From NCBI GenBank assembly GCA_963745075.1, contig CAVUWV010000011.1, forward strand, positions 32,001-96,000: a stretch of 64,000 nucleotides of DNA, given 5' to 3'. Positions 1 to 10,647 of the stretch are shown piece by piece. Numbering within the stretch: position 1 is the first letter of the stretch; every line of letters begins with the position of its first letter. The notes under the pieces were generated by a model. That model was not told the DNA's origin. It did not search any database and saw only the letters and a program-made list of their open reading frames with translations. This stretch comes from Candidatus Hydrogenedentota bacterium (GTDB taxonomy: Bacteria > Hydrogenedentota > Hydrogenedentia > Hydrogenedentales > SLHB01). The translations under genes and the position numbers were made by a program.

Positions 1-416
1 ACCGGCGCGTCCCAATCGTCGCAGTACAACCGGGGATCGGAAGCGGGTGTGGGTATTCCCGCGCAGGCCGCGTAGTGGTCGAGGCGAAACACGTCCCGGG
101 GCGCGCCACGCAACAGAATGTAACGGTCGCAGGCGATCGCGCGCGGGTCCTCATCACCCGGGTGCACGGCATTGACGTACGGGTTGTCGATCAACAGGTC
201 GGGATGGTTGCACCATGCCGTCACGTGAGCGGAAGGGTACGCCTGTTTCAGCCCTTGGTAAATCGGGATCGCCATGACCTCGTCACCCAGACGCCAGCGC
301 GTTTCGACCAGGATGTTCGGTCTGCGTTTGCACGACCATGCGATGCTTCGCACCGTACGACGCAGACGGCGCGTAACGGGATTGAACCGGTCTTCATAGG
401 TATCGTCCGTCGTCAT
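1..416 (-). CDS. Glycosyltransferase family 9 (heptosyltransferase-like), 5' part; runs off the window start
   Basis: Not in the ORF track. My translation from ATG at 416 gives [17 protein letters not shown]...NILVETRWRLGDEVMAIPIYQGLKQAYPSAHVTAWCNHPDLLIDNPYVNAVH, the GT9 N-terminal pattern (LGD..M..P....LK..YP...LL..NPYV). ATGA overlap with the upstream GT4 stop. Confidence 0.8.
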   Translation of the reverse strand, partial: MTTDDTYEDRFNPVTRRLRRTVRSIAWSCKRRPNILVETRWRLGDEVMAIPIYQGLKQAYPSAHVTAWCNHPDLLIDNPYVNAVHPGDEDPRAIACDRYILLRGAPRDVFRLDHYAACAGIPTPASDPRLYCDDWDAP

Positions 417-1564
417 GGAAGTAGCGACTCGTAGATGTCGGACAAGGCTTCGGCGTGGGCCTTGACGCCAAACCGCTCCACGGCGCGAGTCCGTGCGCGT
501 GCGCCGAGGTCTTCTCCGCGCGCGGGATCGCGAATCAGATCGCGGAGATTTCGGTACAGCGCCAGAAAATCGTTGGGCTGGCACAAAAGTGCGCAGTCCC
601 CGGTCACTTCTTCGATGGCGCCGCTGAGCGAGGCAACGCACGGGACGCCACAGGCCATGGCCTCGATCAACGCCATGCCAAATTGCTCCTGCCATTCGTC
701 CGTGGCAATGCTCGGCAGCACGAAGGCGTCGGCGTTACGGAAGACTTCGGGCATTTGGCCGTAAGCTACCGCGCCGGTAAACGTGCACGCATCGCCTACG
801 CCCAAGCGGTCGATTAGGTTTTCGACACGGTCCCGCCCCGCGCCGGAACCGACTATTTGCAGCCGGATGCGCCGGTCCTTCAGTTCGGGATCGGCCAGCA
901 GTTCACGCAAGGCGAGCAGGAGAAAGTCGATTCCTTTCCGTGGCACCAGCCATCCGACAAAGAGGATGCGGAATTCATCAGATTCTTCCTTGGGTTTTCC
1001 AGGCGAAAATACCTCTGCGTCGATGCCGGGGTTGATACGCGTGATGCGATTTGGCGCAATGCCTTCGACTTCGAGCGTGCGCCGGGACCGATCGGTGTAG
1101 ACGATGAAGCGGTCAGCGTTTTCCGCAACGCGTTTCTTAATGTCCCGGCGTTCGGGGTCGCGTTCCATGTTGAAGGGGATGAGATCCCACACCGTGATGG
1201 CAAGGGGGATATTGAACTGCTCGCGGGCTTTCAAGGCTTCCGCAGACCAATCGGTGAACAATTCCCAGGAATGCATGACGTCGAATCCGTTCAACCGTTC
1301 GTGAAAGGGAAGAATGCGCGGCGCACGGTCCGCGTAGCGTTCGAGAAGGATGTTCTTGACTCGGGCGATTGGAGCGCCCGCTTGTGTGTCGAAATCGATG
1401 CGTTCGATGGCGAAGCCTTCCGTACCTTCACCGCGTTCGCTGAAATGGGCCTGGATCTGTGAATTCGCGCGAAAGGCCGTGATGGTAGGTTCGCCGCGCA
1501 GCCGCCGAAACCCTTGCAGGTGCCACGCGTTGTACCGGTTGCCCATGAGCAACGCCAGCTTCAC
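413..1564 (-). CDS. Glycosyltransferase family 4
   Basis: [15 protein letters not shown]...[19 protein letters not shown] motifs. Confidence 0.92.
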   Translation of the reverse strand: MKLALLMGNRYNAWHLQGFRRLRGEPTITAFRANSQIQAHFSERGEGTEGFAIERIDFDTQAGAPIARVKNILLERYADRAPRILPFHERLNGFDVMHSWELFTDWSAEALKAREQFNIPLAITVWDLIPFNMERDPERRDIKKRVAENADRFIVYTDRSRRTLEVEGIAPNRITRINPGIDAEVFSPGKPKEESDEFRILFVGWLVPRKGIDFLLLALRELLADPELKDRRIRLQIVGSGAGRDRVENLIDRLGVGDACTFTGAVAYGQMPEVFRNADAFVLPSIATDEWQEQFGMALIEAMACGVPCVASLSGAIEEVTGDCALLCQPNDFLALYRNLRDLIRDPARGEDLGARARTRAVERFGVKAHAEALSDIYESLLP

Positions 1565-2085
1565 GCGTCCTCCCCCCAGAAGTGCTTGATTAAGACTTCA
1601 CGTGCCGCTTCACGATCCTTCGGGATGTCGATGTGCGCCGCTAAGGCCTTCTGCTCCAATTCGTCCAAGGTGCAAATGACGCGCGCGGGATTGCCCGCTA
1701 CGACGGTGCTGGGTTCCACATCTCGGGTCACCACGCTGCCCGCACCGACGACGGCGTTTGGGCCGATGGTAACGTTAGGCAGGATGATGGCGTTGACGCC
1801 GATGTGGACGTTGTCTTTTACTTCGATTTTGCCGAAACTCGTGAGCGTCTCGTACTTGTCCTGAAAGGTCCAGTTGGAATTGTGGGTGATGAACACGACG
1901 TCGTGGGAGATGCCGACGTGGCTGCCGATGCGGATGAGCCACGGTTCCGAACCGAATTTGGTTGTGTACACGCGGCTGCGTTCGCCAACCTGAATGCCCA
2001 TTTCGCGCAAGGTGCGGCGGATGGTTTCGTCGGAGCCGTAGCGTAGTTTAAGTTTCTGAATGACCCGCCGTATCTCGCCCATCAT
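1561..2085 (-). CDS. Hexapeptide-repeat (left-handed beta-helix) sugar O-acyltransferase
   Basis: [39 protein letters not shown]...VAGNPAR. Start moved to MMGEIRR (2085), giving an ATGA overlap with the upstream stop. Confidence 0.88.
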   Translation of the reverse strand: MMGEIRRVIQKLKLRYGSDETIRRTLREMGIQVGERSRVYTTKFGSEPWLIRIGSHVGISHDVVFITHNSNWTFQDKYETLTSFGKIEVKDNVHIGVNAIILPNVTIGPNAVVGAGSVVTRDVEPSTVVAGNPARVICTLDELEQKALAAHIDIPKDREAAREVLIKHFWGEDA

Positions 2086-2828
2086 GGTTCCATCTTCCAA
2101 AAGCCGTGGAGGCTCGCCCCCGGCCATGCTTTCACGATGCGGGGTCCCGCCCACGCGGCCAGCCGTTGCAACCGGAACTGGATCGCCTCGGGCATCCCCG
2201 GATGGTCGATCCAGGGGAACACTCCCAACCCCGCTTCGGGCCCATGTCCGATCCGCCGGATTCGCGTAAATCCCGCGCTGCCATACAATCGCCGCACCTG
2301 TGCGCCGGTCAACGGTTGCTCCAACTCCTGCGGTTGCCAGCGCCGGAAGGGCGCCCACGTGTCTTTGGCGTATCCGCCAAAGGTCTCGCATGCCCATTTT
2401 ACGAGACCCGCCACATTGCCGTAGTTGGGCGCGGACAGGAACATGAATCCATTGCCACGCACCACGCGCCGGAACTCCCGAGCCGCCGCTGCGCCGTCCG
2501 GGATGTGTTCGAAGGCATCAATGCACAATACACCATCGAAGCGCGCGTCGGGAAACGGCAGGTGCGTGGCGTCTCCGAGGGCAAAGGGGTAACCGGAGCC
2601 GGAACGCACGAGATCGACGCCCGTGTACCTGCCGCCGCGCGCGCGGATGAAGTCGCCCGTGAACCCGCGCCCGCACCCCACGTCGAGGATATGCTTGCCA
2701 TGGAGGTCGATGTTCAATGCGCGAAACACCGATTCAAACAGCGCTTCGTTGATGCCATCCACGCCGCCGAACGGCGAACTCACCATAAGTGGGTTGTTCT
2801 CGTAGAACTCCTGGATGGCGCGCTTCAT
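2082..2828 (-). CDS. Class I SAM-dependent methyltransferase
   Basis: ILDVGCGRG motif [20 protein letters not shown]. Start at MKRAIQEF, overlapping the GT2 stop. Confidence 0.88.
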   Translation of the reverse strand: MKRAIQEFYENNPLMVSSPFGGVDGINEALFESVFRALNIDLHGKHILDVGCGRGFTGDFIRARGGRYTGVDLVRSGSGYPFALGDATHLPFPDARFDGVLCIDAFEHIPDGAAAAREFRRVVRGNGFMFLSAPNYGNVAGLVKWACETFGGYAKDTWAPFRRWQPQELEQPLTGAQVRRLYGSAGFTRIRRIGHGPEAGLGVFPWIDHPGMPEAIQFRLQRLAAWAGPRIVKAWPGASLHGFWKMEP

Positions 2829-3706
2829 CGCAAAAACTCCCGGCCGAAACGGCTGCCGGCGAATACGCCCAAGGGGCGAACCATGGGGAACAGGAGCGCG
2901 GCAGGGTTCCGCAAGCTTCCCCGCGCTAGTTCGCGGAGCCACGCTCGGTACTTGCCGGGACTCACCAGATCGCGCGCAAGATCGCCTGCGGTATATTCGC
3001 AGCCGAGCGCGGCGAGCCCCATGCCTTCGTTGCGGCAGCGTTTGTACAGCGGTCCCAGCGTGTACGTGTGGTGATGCAGGACGGGCGCGTCATCGGGGAA
3101 TGCGATGCGCAGTCCCTCTTTGTTCAACTTGGTCTGAAACAAAAAATCTTCGCCGATGGATTGCTCGCCGAAACGCAAGCGTTCCCACACGGACCAGCGT
3201 ATGGCGGAATTCGCGTTGGATAACCCGCGCCCGTAGCGCTCCCGGAATTTGCCCATTTCCGCGGTGAAATAGAACCATCCGTTCCGTTCCCAGGGAAATT
3301 GGGAGAAGCTGCGATCGGGATCCGGAATGGATCGGCCACAGGTTGCCGCCACTTCGGGGTCGCCAAGCGGCGCCACGAGGTTTTCCAGCCAGCGCGGATG
3401 GGCGGGTATGGCATCCTGAGACAAGCACACGACGATCGCGCCTCGGCTTTTCTCGAAAACCCGGTCGCGGGTACGGCCGAAATTGAAGGACTCGGATGGA
3501 ATGGTATCCACGCGTGCGCCGAACTCGCGCAGCGTATCCAGCGTGCCGTCTGAAGAGCCCGAGTCTACGGCAACAATCTCGACGGTACGGTCGGTTTTCT
3601 GATCGCGCACCGCCTGAAGCAACCGCCGCAGCAACAAGCCGGCGTTGTGAGTCAGAAGCGTCACGCTCACGTCGGATTGACTGTCGATATCGAGCTTCCC
3701 CTGCAT
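2825..3706 (-). CDS. Glycosyltransferase family 2 (rhamnosyltransferase-like)
   Basis: VDSGSSDGT, FNFGRTR, LSQDAIP, GED motifs. Confidence 0.9.
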   Translation of the reverse strand: MQGKLDIDSQSDVSVTLLTHNAGLLLRRLLQAVRDQKTDRTVEIVAVDSGSSDGTLDTLREFGARVDTIPSESFNFGRTRDRVFEKSRGAIVVCLSQDAIPAHPRWLENLVAPLGDPEVAATCGRSIPDPDRSFSQFPWERNGWFYFTAEMGKFRERYGRGLSNANSAIRWSVWERLRFGEQSIGEDFLFQTKLNKEGLRIAFPDDAPVLHHHTYTLGPLYKRCRNEGMGLAALGCEYTAGDLARDLVSPGKYRAWLRELARGSLRNPAALLFPMVRPLGVFAGSRFGREFLR

Positions 3707-3712
3707 TGCCGC

Positions 3713-4637
3713 TCACTTCACCAGGTACTCGAACACCGCCTGCAAGTTGTCGTCGGGGGAATGGACGCTTTCCACGCTCACCGCGCCGTCGGCGATCAAC
3801 TTGGTGAGGCGGTCATAGAAGGTATTGGGGTCGCGCGTGGTAATGGCGAGACCGCCGCCGTCTTCGTCGAAGCCGATGGTGACAATGTGCGGCTCGTCCA
3901 CGAACCTGGCCGCAACCTGCCGCGCATGGTTGCACCGGATGGATACGGAATGAGGATGGGCATCGATTAACGCGCGAACCTGATGCACGTCGCCGTGGGC
4001 GAGGACGCGTCCGCGGTGGAGCAGAACGATATTCGCGGTGACGCGTTCAATCTCGTAGAGGATGTGACTGGACACGATGACGGTTTTGCCTTCGCGGCCG
4101 AGGGTTCGGATAAGTTCGAAAATGGCGTGCCGGCCCAACGGGTCGAGGCCGGTCATCGGTTCGTCGAGGAACAGGACCTCGGGGTCGTGGGCGAAGCACT
4201 GGGCCAGCTTGACACGTTGGCGCATGCCCCGGCTGTAGGTGGCGATCCGGTCGTGCATGCGGGCCGGTCATGGCGACCCGTTCGAGGCTTTCCTGGGCGG
4301 CCTTGCGAGCGGCCCTGGCGGAGAACCCGACGCAGCGCGTCAGCCAGTAGACGAACTCGAAGCCGGTCATGTCTTCGTAGTAGTTCTCGCGATCCGGGCA
4401 GAGTCCGACGCGCCGGAGGAGGCGGTAGTTGCACCAGACCGGTTCGCCGAAGATTCGGACGGTCCCCTGGCTGGGCCGGATTTGCGAGGTGCACAGGCCC
4501 ATGAACGTCGACTTGCCGGCGCCGTTAGGGCCGAGCAATCCCGTGATCCCCGCACCGATTTCCAGGTCGACTTTGTTCAACGCAACGACTTCGCCGTACC
4601 AGCGGGAGACGTCGCAAAACGCGATAGTGGTATTCAC
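3713..4637 (-). CDS. ABC transporter ATP-binding protein, split by one extra base near 4260
   Basis: Walker A ([12 protein letters not shown]) lies in the 4047..5093 frame from GTG 4637; signature/Walker B ([17 protein letters not shown]) lie in the 3713..4258 frame. Removing one C in ACC GGC CCG C ATG joins them. Confidence 0.85.
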
Positions 4638-5512
4638 GACCCGATCTCCACATTGCGAATCCGTCGCAGTACGATAAGCGCGCACAAGATCGAGAAGAGG
4701 ATTAAACCCGCGACGACGTAGCCCCAGGGCAAGGTGATGCGCGTGCGGCTGTCGAACAACACGTCGCCGAGATAGACGAGCGATCGAATCAGGCTGAGGC
4801 AGCGGAGGTTGTAGCTGCGCAGGATCTCGGCGAGGGCGTTGGCGAAGGCGCCGTTCATGAAGACGAGCGCGCAGGCGATCACCGAGGCGAAGCCGGTTGT
4901 CTTGCTCACGGCGGAGCAGGTCATGGTGAGCAACGCCACGGGAACGACAATGGCCAGCGACAGTCCCAGGCACGCGAACGGTACCCAGTACAAGTCCCGG
5001 ACGAAATCGACGGCCGTGGACGGCGAGAACATCAGATGCAGTAGAAAGAGCACAAGGGAAAGTCCCGCCGTGAGGCACAGCGGCACGTAGCACACGGCGG
5101 CAAGTTTGCCGAAGAAGTAATCAAGCTTCCCCAGAGGCTTCGCGAAATAGACCTCGAGCAAGTTGTTGCGGGCGTCGTTGCAGATGGAACCTGCGCCGAC
5201 GAGGAGACTAAACACGAACGCGAAGGGCGTGGCCATAGACACGTAGACCCGGAAGAATCGCGCGTCAACGTTCGTGAACTGCACCTGTTGCACCACGGAA
5301 CGCAGCAGCATGCTGGGATTGGTCGTCATGAGGTCGGTGACCACGAGCAGGAAAAGGCAGATGAGAAAGGGCAGCGCGCTGAGCATGAGCAGGCGGCGGT
5401 AGAGGCGCGACGTGCGCGCCACGCGCAATTCCTGGGCGGCAACGGCTAGCCACCGTGCACGGCCCCCGAAGCGGGCTTCCCAGGGTTTGTAGGTTTGGGT
5501 ATAGATGGGCAT
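4634..5512 (-). CDS. ABC-2 type transporter permease
   Basis: About six hydrophobic segments; GAGSICNDARNNLLEVYFAKPL..LDYFFGKL motif; flanked by ABC ATPases. Confidence 0.85.
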   Translation of the reverse strand: MPIYTQTYKPWEARFGGRARWLAVAAQELRVARTSRLYRRLLMLSALPFLICLFLLVVTDLMTTNPSMLLRSVVQQVQFTNVDARFFRVYVSMATPFAFVFSLLVGAGSICNDARNNLLEVYFAKPLGKLDYFFGKLAAVCYVPLCLTAGLSLVLFLLHLMFSPSTAVDFVRDLYWVPFACLGLSLAIVVPVALLTMTCSAVSKTTGFASVIACALVFMNGAFANALAEILRSYNLRCLSLIRSLVYLGDVLFDSRTRITLPWGYVVAGLILFSILCALIVLRRIRNVEIGS

Positions 5513-5515
5513 CGC

Positions 5516-6448
5516 TCAACCGCTTCCCGTCATGGCGTGGACGAAGACGTCCTCGAGCCGGTTCTGGACCGGGGCAAACTCGCGTACTTGCACGTCCATC
5601 GATTGTGCGAGGCGGAAGATGTCGCGACGCATGGTCGCTTCCGTCATGGCGACGGTGATGGCGCCGTCCTCAGCCAGTGCGGTTTCGAAACCTTGGCCGG
5701 CGAGCGCGTCCGCGAACCGGTCGGCGTGTTCCCGGACACGAATGCGGAACTGCGCGCCCTGTTCGCCGGCCATTTCCTTGATGACACCCTGCTGCAAGAC
5801 CTTGCCTTGGCTCAGCAGGACGACCCGCTCGCAGACTCGTTCCACGTCGGGCAAGAGATGGGAGGACAAGATGATCGCCACGTCCTGCTGTCGCGCGATG
5901 TCACGGATGAGGTCGAGCATGGCCACGCGGCCCACGGGATCGAGCCCGTTGGTGGGCTCGTCGAGAAAGAGAAGTTTCGGGTCGTGGACCAGCGCTTGGG
6001 CAAGTTTCGCCCGTTGCCGCATGCCGGTCGAATAGGTTTCCATCGTGCGGTAGCGCTCCTCGCCGAAGCCGATGTAGTTGAGCACTTCGTGGGTCCGTTG
6101 CAGGGCGTCGCGGTAGCGCATTCCCGCAAGACATCCGCAGTAAGCGACAAACGAGACCGCACTTAACTTGGGCGAAGTCACGTCGCGCTCGGGCATGTAG
6201 CCGACCATGCGGCGGAGCGACCGCTTACCCGCACGTTCCCCGAGCAGGTGCGCCGTGCCGCGGACGGGCCTGCAGAAGCCGAGCAGGGTTTTGAGCAGCG
6301 TGCTCTTGCCCGCGCCGTTGGGGCCGAGCAGTCCGACAATTCCCGGTTCGAGGGCGAGCGAGACGTCGTCGAGCGCCACGTGCCGTCCGTACCGCACGGT
6401 GACGGACTCGGTCTGCACGATCGGTTTGCCGATTTTGGCGCCGGTCAT
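5516..6448 (-). CDS. ABC transporter ATP-binding protein
   Basis: [26 protein letters not shown]. Confidence 0.93.
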   Translation of the reverse strand: MTGAKIGKPIVQTESVTVRYGRHVALDDVSLALEPGIVGLLGPNGAGKSTLLKTLLGFCRPVRGTAHLLGERAGKRSLRRMVGYMPERDVTSPKLSAVSFVAYCGCLAGMRYRDALQRTHEVLNYIGFGEERYRTMETYSTGMRQRAKLAQALVHDPKLLFLDEPTNGLDPVGRVAMLDLIRDIARQQDVAIILSSHLLPDVERVCERVVLLSQGKVLQQGVIKEMAGEQGAQFRIRVREHADRFADALAGQGFETALAEDGAITVAMTEATMRRDIFRLAQSMDVQVREFAPVQNRLEDVFVHAMTGSG

Positions 6449-6453
6449 GGGGA

Positions 6454-7350
6454 TCAGTCCTTGGGCTCGATGTGGATGAGCACATCGCGCACGCTGGGGT
6501 TGGCGTCGCGCACGGCATCCTTCACACGGTGGGCCACGTCGTGTCCGTCACGCACGGACATGTCGCCGTCGACTTCCACGTGGAGATCGACGAAGTAGTC
6601 GAACCCCATCTTGCGTACGGTGCAGGTATCAAGCGATTTGACACCTCGAACGCCCGCCGCTACATGCCGCACTTCCCTCTCTATCGCAGGGTCCGGCGCC
6701 ATATCCATGATCTCTCCCAGCGCCGGGCGCAACAGGCGAAAGCCATTGAAGGCAATAATGCCGCATGCAAACAAGGCGGCCCAATCGTCGGCCGCCTCGT
6801 AGCCCTTGCCACCGACGAGGGCGACGGAGATGCCGACGAAGGCTGCCAGCGAGGTCAAGGCGTCGCTTCGATGGTGCCAAGCGTCCGAACGGACGGCGGT
6901 ACTCTTGATGGCATGACCCACCCGACTGATGACGCGAAACATGGTTTCCTTCGTCGCGACGACCAAGACCAATACGACCAGGGTAAAGGCCGCGGGGGCA
7001 TGGTGCGGATGATGAATTTCGCGGATACTCTCTACAGCGATGACCGTGGCGCCCGCGAGCAGACCGAGGGACACGACAATCGCGGCGAGCGGTTCGGCTT
7101 TCCCGTGACCGTAGGGGTGATCCTCATCTGGAGGCACGGCGGCGATTTTCAATCCGCCCCAAACCACAAGGGATTGGAAGACGTCCATACCCGACTCGAT
7201 GGCGTCCGCAATCAGCGCGTAGGAATTGCCGAGCACTCCGGCGATGCCTTTGATGGCGGAGAGGGCGGCGTTGATGATAACGCCGAGAAATACCCATCGC
7301 GCGCCCTGCAACGCGGGGTGATCGGTTGGTCTGGTGTCGAGAGTAGCCAT
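6454..7350 (-). CDS. Cation diffusion facilitator (FieF-like) transporter
   Basis: ALIADAIES..D, HPYGHGKAE, DAWHHRSD, C-terminal domain ending VLIHIEP. Confidence 0.93.
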   Translation of the reverse strand: MATLDTRPTDHPALQGARWVFLGVIINAALSAIKGIAGVLGNSYALIADAIESGMDVFQSLVVWGGLKIAAVPPDEDHPYGHGKAEPLAAIVVSLGLLAGATVIAVESIREIHHPHHAPAAFTLVVLVLVVATKETMFRVISRVGHAIKSTAVRSDAWHHRSDALTSLAAFVGISVALVGGKGYEAADDWAALFACGIIAFNGFRLLRPALGEIMDMAPDPAIEREVRHVAAGVRGVKSLDTCTVRKMGFDYFVDLHVEVDGDMSVRDGHDVAHRVKDAVRDANPSVRDVLIHIEPKD

Positions 7351-7457
7351 TGTCCGGTAGCTTTGCTTCCCAAGCCTATTGCGCCGAAACGTATGGTAAC
7401 GGATGGAGGCAGACGGTATCCAAAGACAAGCGGCCGCACCCCAAGGAGGTTAAGTGG

Positions 7458-8418
7458 TTACTTGCGGACTTCGACGACGAGGAAGGGGTTGAAACAGGAA
7501 CGGCGGAGGGGGGCGGGCATGTTTTCGACGTAGTTCACGATGGCTCCTTTGAAGAGCCGCAACAGGTCGAGGGAGCCAGTGCGTTTGAATGCGAAGTAGT
7601 GTTTGAGCGGCAGGGCTTCAGCGGCAGTGGCGCCGTTGTCCACACGGAATAGCCGGCGCAATTCGCCGAAGGAAAAGAGGTGATACTTCCCGAAAGGCTT
7701 GTGCAGGGTCAGGCCGTAACGGTCGAAGATGTAGCGGCGAAACCGCATGGCGCCCTCGGGCGTGGCGTCATCGGTGGGTTCGTGATGGATATCGATGGGG
7801 AAAGACTTGTTGGGGCAGGTCACGAGCAGGCGCCCGCCGGGTTTCGTGACGCGAAGCATCTCTTTCGCAAAGGCAATGCGGGTTTCGCGGTAGTCATCGG
7901 CAAGCGTGTAGTGGCCGACCTTCGTGCCGATGTGTTCGATCGTGCCGAGGGTGTACACGGCGTCGAAGTAGTCGTCCGGAAACGGCATGGATGCGCCGTC
8001 GCCAAGGAGGAAATGGCGCGGGTCGTTGCCGATGCGTTGCCAGAACTTCGCCAGGCACGGGATGTCGAGGCCATATGCGTCGTAGCCCTCCTCTGCAAAG
8101 AACCGAATCCCCATGCCAACACCGCAACCGACTTCGAGCACGCGCCGTGCCGACTCCCGATCCACCCACGGCTTCAGGAACTCGTCGTAGAAACGCCGCC
8201 ACGAGGCCTGCTGTTCTTCCGCGTAGTCTTCGCTGGTGGACTCCATATCGTAAAAGGCGGGGTCCAGCGTAAAATCGAAATAGCCTTGCGGGTTCGGCGC
8301 ATAGGACTGGCCGGTTTTGGCGCAAAACAACGAACCCTCGCGGACGTTCCAGCTTCGCGTGGGTACGCGGGCACACCAGCACGCCGGAGAAGGCTTCCGC
8401 GGGAGACGAGGCGGTCAT
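7458..8418 (-). CDS. SAM-dependent methyltransferase with Trm112-like N-terminal segment, split by one extra base near 8346
   Basis: VLEVGCGVG, GDGASMPFPDDYFD, RVTKPGG. The N-terminus MTASSPAEAFSGVLVCPRTHAKLE (ATG 8418, overlapping the Nudix stop) joins VREGSLFCAKTGQSY if one base is removed. Confidence 0.82.
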
Positions 8419-8942
8419 GACTGGAGCCGGACCTGCAATTCGCGCAGGCCGATGATGGTCTTGGCGTCATCAAATTCGCAACGCGCGAGGCGGTCGTTCA
8501 ATTCGGCAATCGGGATTTCGACGATCTCAACGCGCTCGTCTTCTTCTAGACGCTGTTCGGTCTTCGTGAGGTCGAAGGCCAGGTAGATCTCGTCCCGCTC
8601 GTTCGTGAATCCCGGCGAGCAGTAACACGAGGCCACATGCACGAGCCGCCCTGCGCGATAGCCGCATTCCTCTTCCAGTTCGGTGTGGGCGCGGTGTTCG
8701 GGCGTGTCGTCGGGTTCCAGGCGGCCCGCCGGAATCTCGAGGACTTCCGCGTCGATAGCCGCGCGAAACTGTCGCACCAGGATCACCCGGTCGTCCAGCA
8801 CCGGCACCACCCCGACGCCGCCGCCGTGTTCGACGATTTCCCGGTAGGCTTCCGTGCCGTCATCAAGCCGGACGCGGCCGGTGCGCACGCGAATGATGGG
8901 GCCGTCATGAACGAGTTCGGAATGGAGCCAGGTTTCTTTCAC
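8415..8942 (-). CDS. nudF: Nudix hydrolase, ADP-ribose pyrophosphatase-like
   Basis: Nudix box EIPAGRLEPDDTPEHRAHTELEEECG, SPGF, DAKT. Confidence 0.85.
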   Translation of the reverse strand: MKETWLHSELVHDGPIIRVRTGRVRLDDGTEAYREIVEHGGGVGVVPVLDDRVILVRQFRAAIDAEVLEIPAGRLEPDDTPEHRAHTELEEECGYRAGRLVHVASCYCSPGFTNERDEIYLAFDLTKTEQRLEEDERVEIVEIPIAELNDRLARCEFDDAKTIIGLRELQVRLQS

Positions 8943-9066
8943 GGGGCTGGAGTTCCTTTGGACCGTTTTCGACGCACTTTACGGGGATGAGGCAACAGAT
9001 GCAACCCGTGGCGGATATTCGTGGCATAATACACCGACGTGCAATTGGAGACTGTCAAACGGTGCA

Positions 9067-10647
9067 ATGCCTATGCCGCGCTTCCTGCTAATTGGTTTGG
9101 ATGGAATGGAGCCTTTCCTCGCGGAGCGGTGGATGGATGAGGGCCGCCTCCCGCATCTTGCCGCCCTGCGTGAAACGGGCGCGTACATGCGGTGCGCGAG
9201 CGTCGATCCGCCAGTGACCTATCCTGCCTGGACGACCTGCGTGACGGGCGTGAACCCGGGACGCCACGGAATCTTCGATTTCACCGAGATGACGCGCGGC
9301 GCCTACGGTCTGCGCTTCGTCAACAGCTCCCATCGGCGTGCGCCCGCGCTCTGGAACATTCTGTCCGAGGCGGGAAAGCACGTGGGTGTACTGGGCGTAC
9401 CGGGGACGTATCCGCCGGAAGAAGTGACCGGTTTTATGGTTTCGGGTTTCGACTCGCCGGTGGCCACGGCCGTGGATCGTTCCTTCGTGTATCCGCCTGA
9501 ATTGTACGAATCCGTTAGGGAGTGGCGTTTCGCCGATTTCCAGGAACACGACATCGGCGAACGGTGGCACGACACGGCATTGCAGCGATTGCTGGACAAG
9601 GTTGCCGTGAAAGAGTCCATCGCCATCGAATTGTTGCAGCGCGAGGCCTGGGACTTCTTCATGGTCGTCTTCGGCGAGTCGGATACCGTGTCCCACCACT
9701 TCTGGATGTTCCACGATCCCAATTCCCCGCGACATCGGACGGGGCACGAAACGGCGATACGCGAGGTATATGAGCGGCTGGACGCTGCGGTGGGAAGACT
9801 CGTCGATGCGGCGGGTGACAATGTGACAATTGGCATCTGTTCGGATCACGGTTTTGGCGGTGCGGGCACGGGCGTCGTTCATCTGAATAATTGGCTTGCG
9901 GAAAACGGCTATCTCCGTTTCATTCCGGCGCGGGAGAGCTTGTTGAAAAGTCTCGCATTGCGATACACGCCGCAACGGCTACGAGGAACACTTTTCCGCT
10001 CGCTAAGAGGACTGGCGACCAAAGCGGAAAGCCATTCCCGTTTCGCCGGAATCGACTGGGATCGCACGACGGCTTTTTCAGAGGAGTTGAATTACTTTCC
10101 GTCCATTCGCATCAACCTGCGCGGGCGGGAGACTAAGGGTCATGTGGCGCCGGAAGATTACGACGCCTTTTGCAGGGGCCTGTGCGCCAAGCTGGAGGCG
10201 TGGGAACCCATTCGGAAGGCATGGCGACGTGAGGAACTTTACGATGGCCCCTATGTGGACCGCGCGCCGGACATCATCGTCGAGCTGGCGCTTGAGAACG
10301 GCTACTCGCACTCCTGCCTGCGGAGCCGGGGTGGACCCTCGTTTCGGCGGATTGGCCCGGATGAATACCTGGGCGGAAAGGAACGGGGAATGAACGGCAA
10401 CCATCGTCCGACGGGCGTGCTGTTCCTTTCAAAGCCGACGGTCTCCGGCGCAGCGCGGTTGGAAGATGTTGCGCCGACGGTGCTTGCGGAGATCGGGGTG
10501 CCCTCCCCGCCGATGGACGGTACCAGCCTGCTCGATGCGCCACTTGAGAGCGACGCGTGGGATGTGCCCTGCGATTCCCGCGTCTACACTCCGGCGGAAA
10601 CGGAGGTCGTTGAACGACGGTTGCGCGACTTGGGATACTTCGAGTAA
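9067..10647 (+). CDS. Alkaline phosphatase superfamily, type I phosphodiesterase/nucleotide pyrophosphatase-like
   Basis: IGLDG, PPVTYPAWTT..TGVNPGRHGIFDF, SDTVSH, SDHGF, GNH, C-terminal RLRDLGY. Confidence 0.9.
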   Translation: MPMPRFLLIGLDGMEPFLAERWMDEGRLPHLAALRETGAYMRCASVDPPVTYPAWTTCVTGVNPGRHGIFDFTEMTRGAYGLRFVNSSHRRAPALWNILSEAGKHVGVLGVPGTYPPEEVTGFMVSGFDSPVATAVDRSFVYPPELYESVREWRFADFQEHDIGERWHDTALQRLLDKVAVKESIAIELLQREAWDFFMVVFGESDTVSHHFWMFHDPNSPRHRTGHETAIREVYERLDAAVGRLVDAAGDNVTIGICSDHGFGGAGTGVVHLNNWLAENGYLRFIPARESLLKSLALRYTPQRLRGTLFRSLRGLATKAESHSRFAGIDWDRTTAFSEELNYFPSIRINLRGRETKGHVAPEDYDAFCRGLCAKLEAWEPIRKAWRREELYDGPYVDRAPDIIVELALENGYSHSCLRSRGGPSFRRIGPDEYLGGKERGMNGNHRPTGVLFLSKPTVSGAARLEDVAPTVLAEIGVPSPPMDGTSLLDAPLESDAWDVPCDSRVYTPAETEVVERRLRDLGYFE

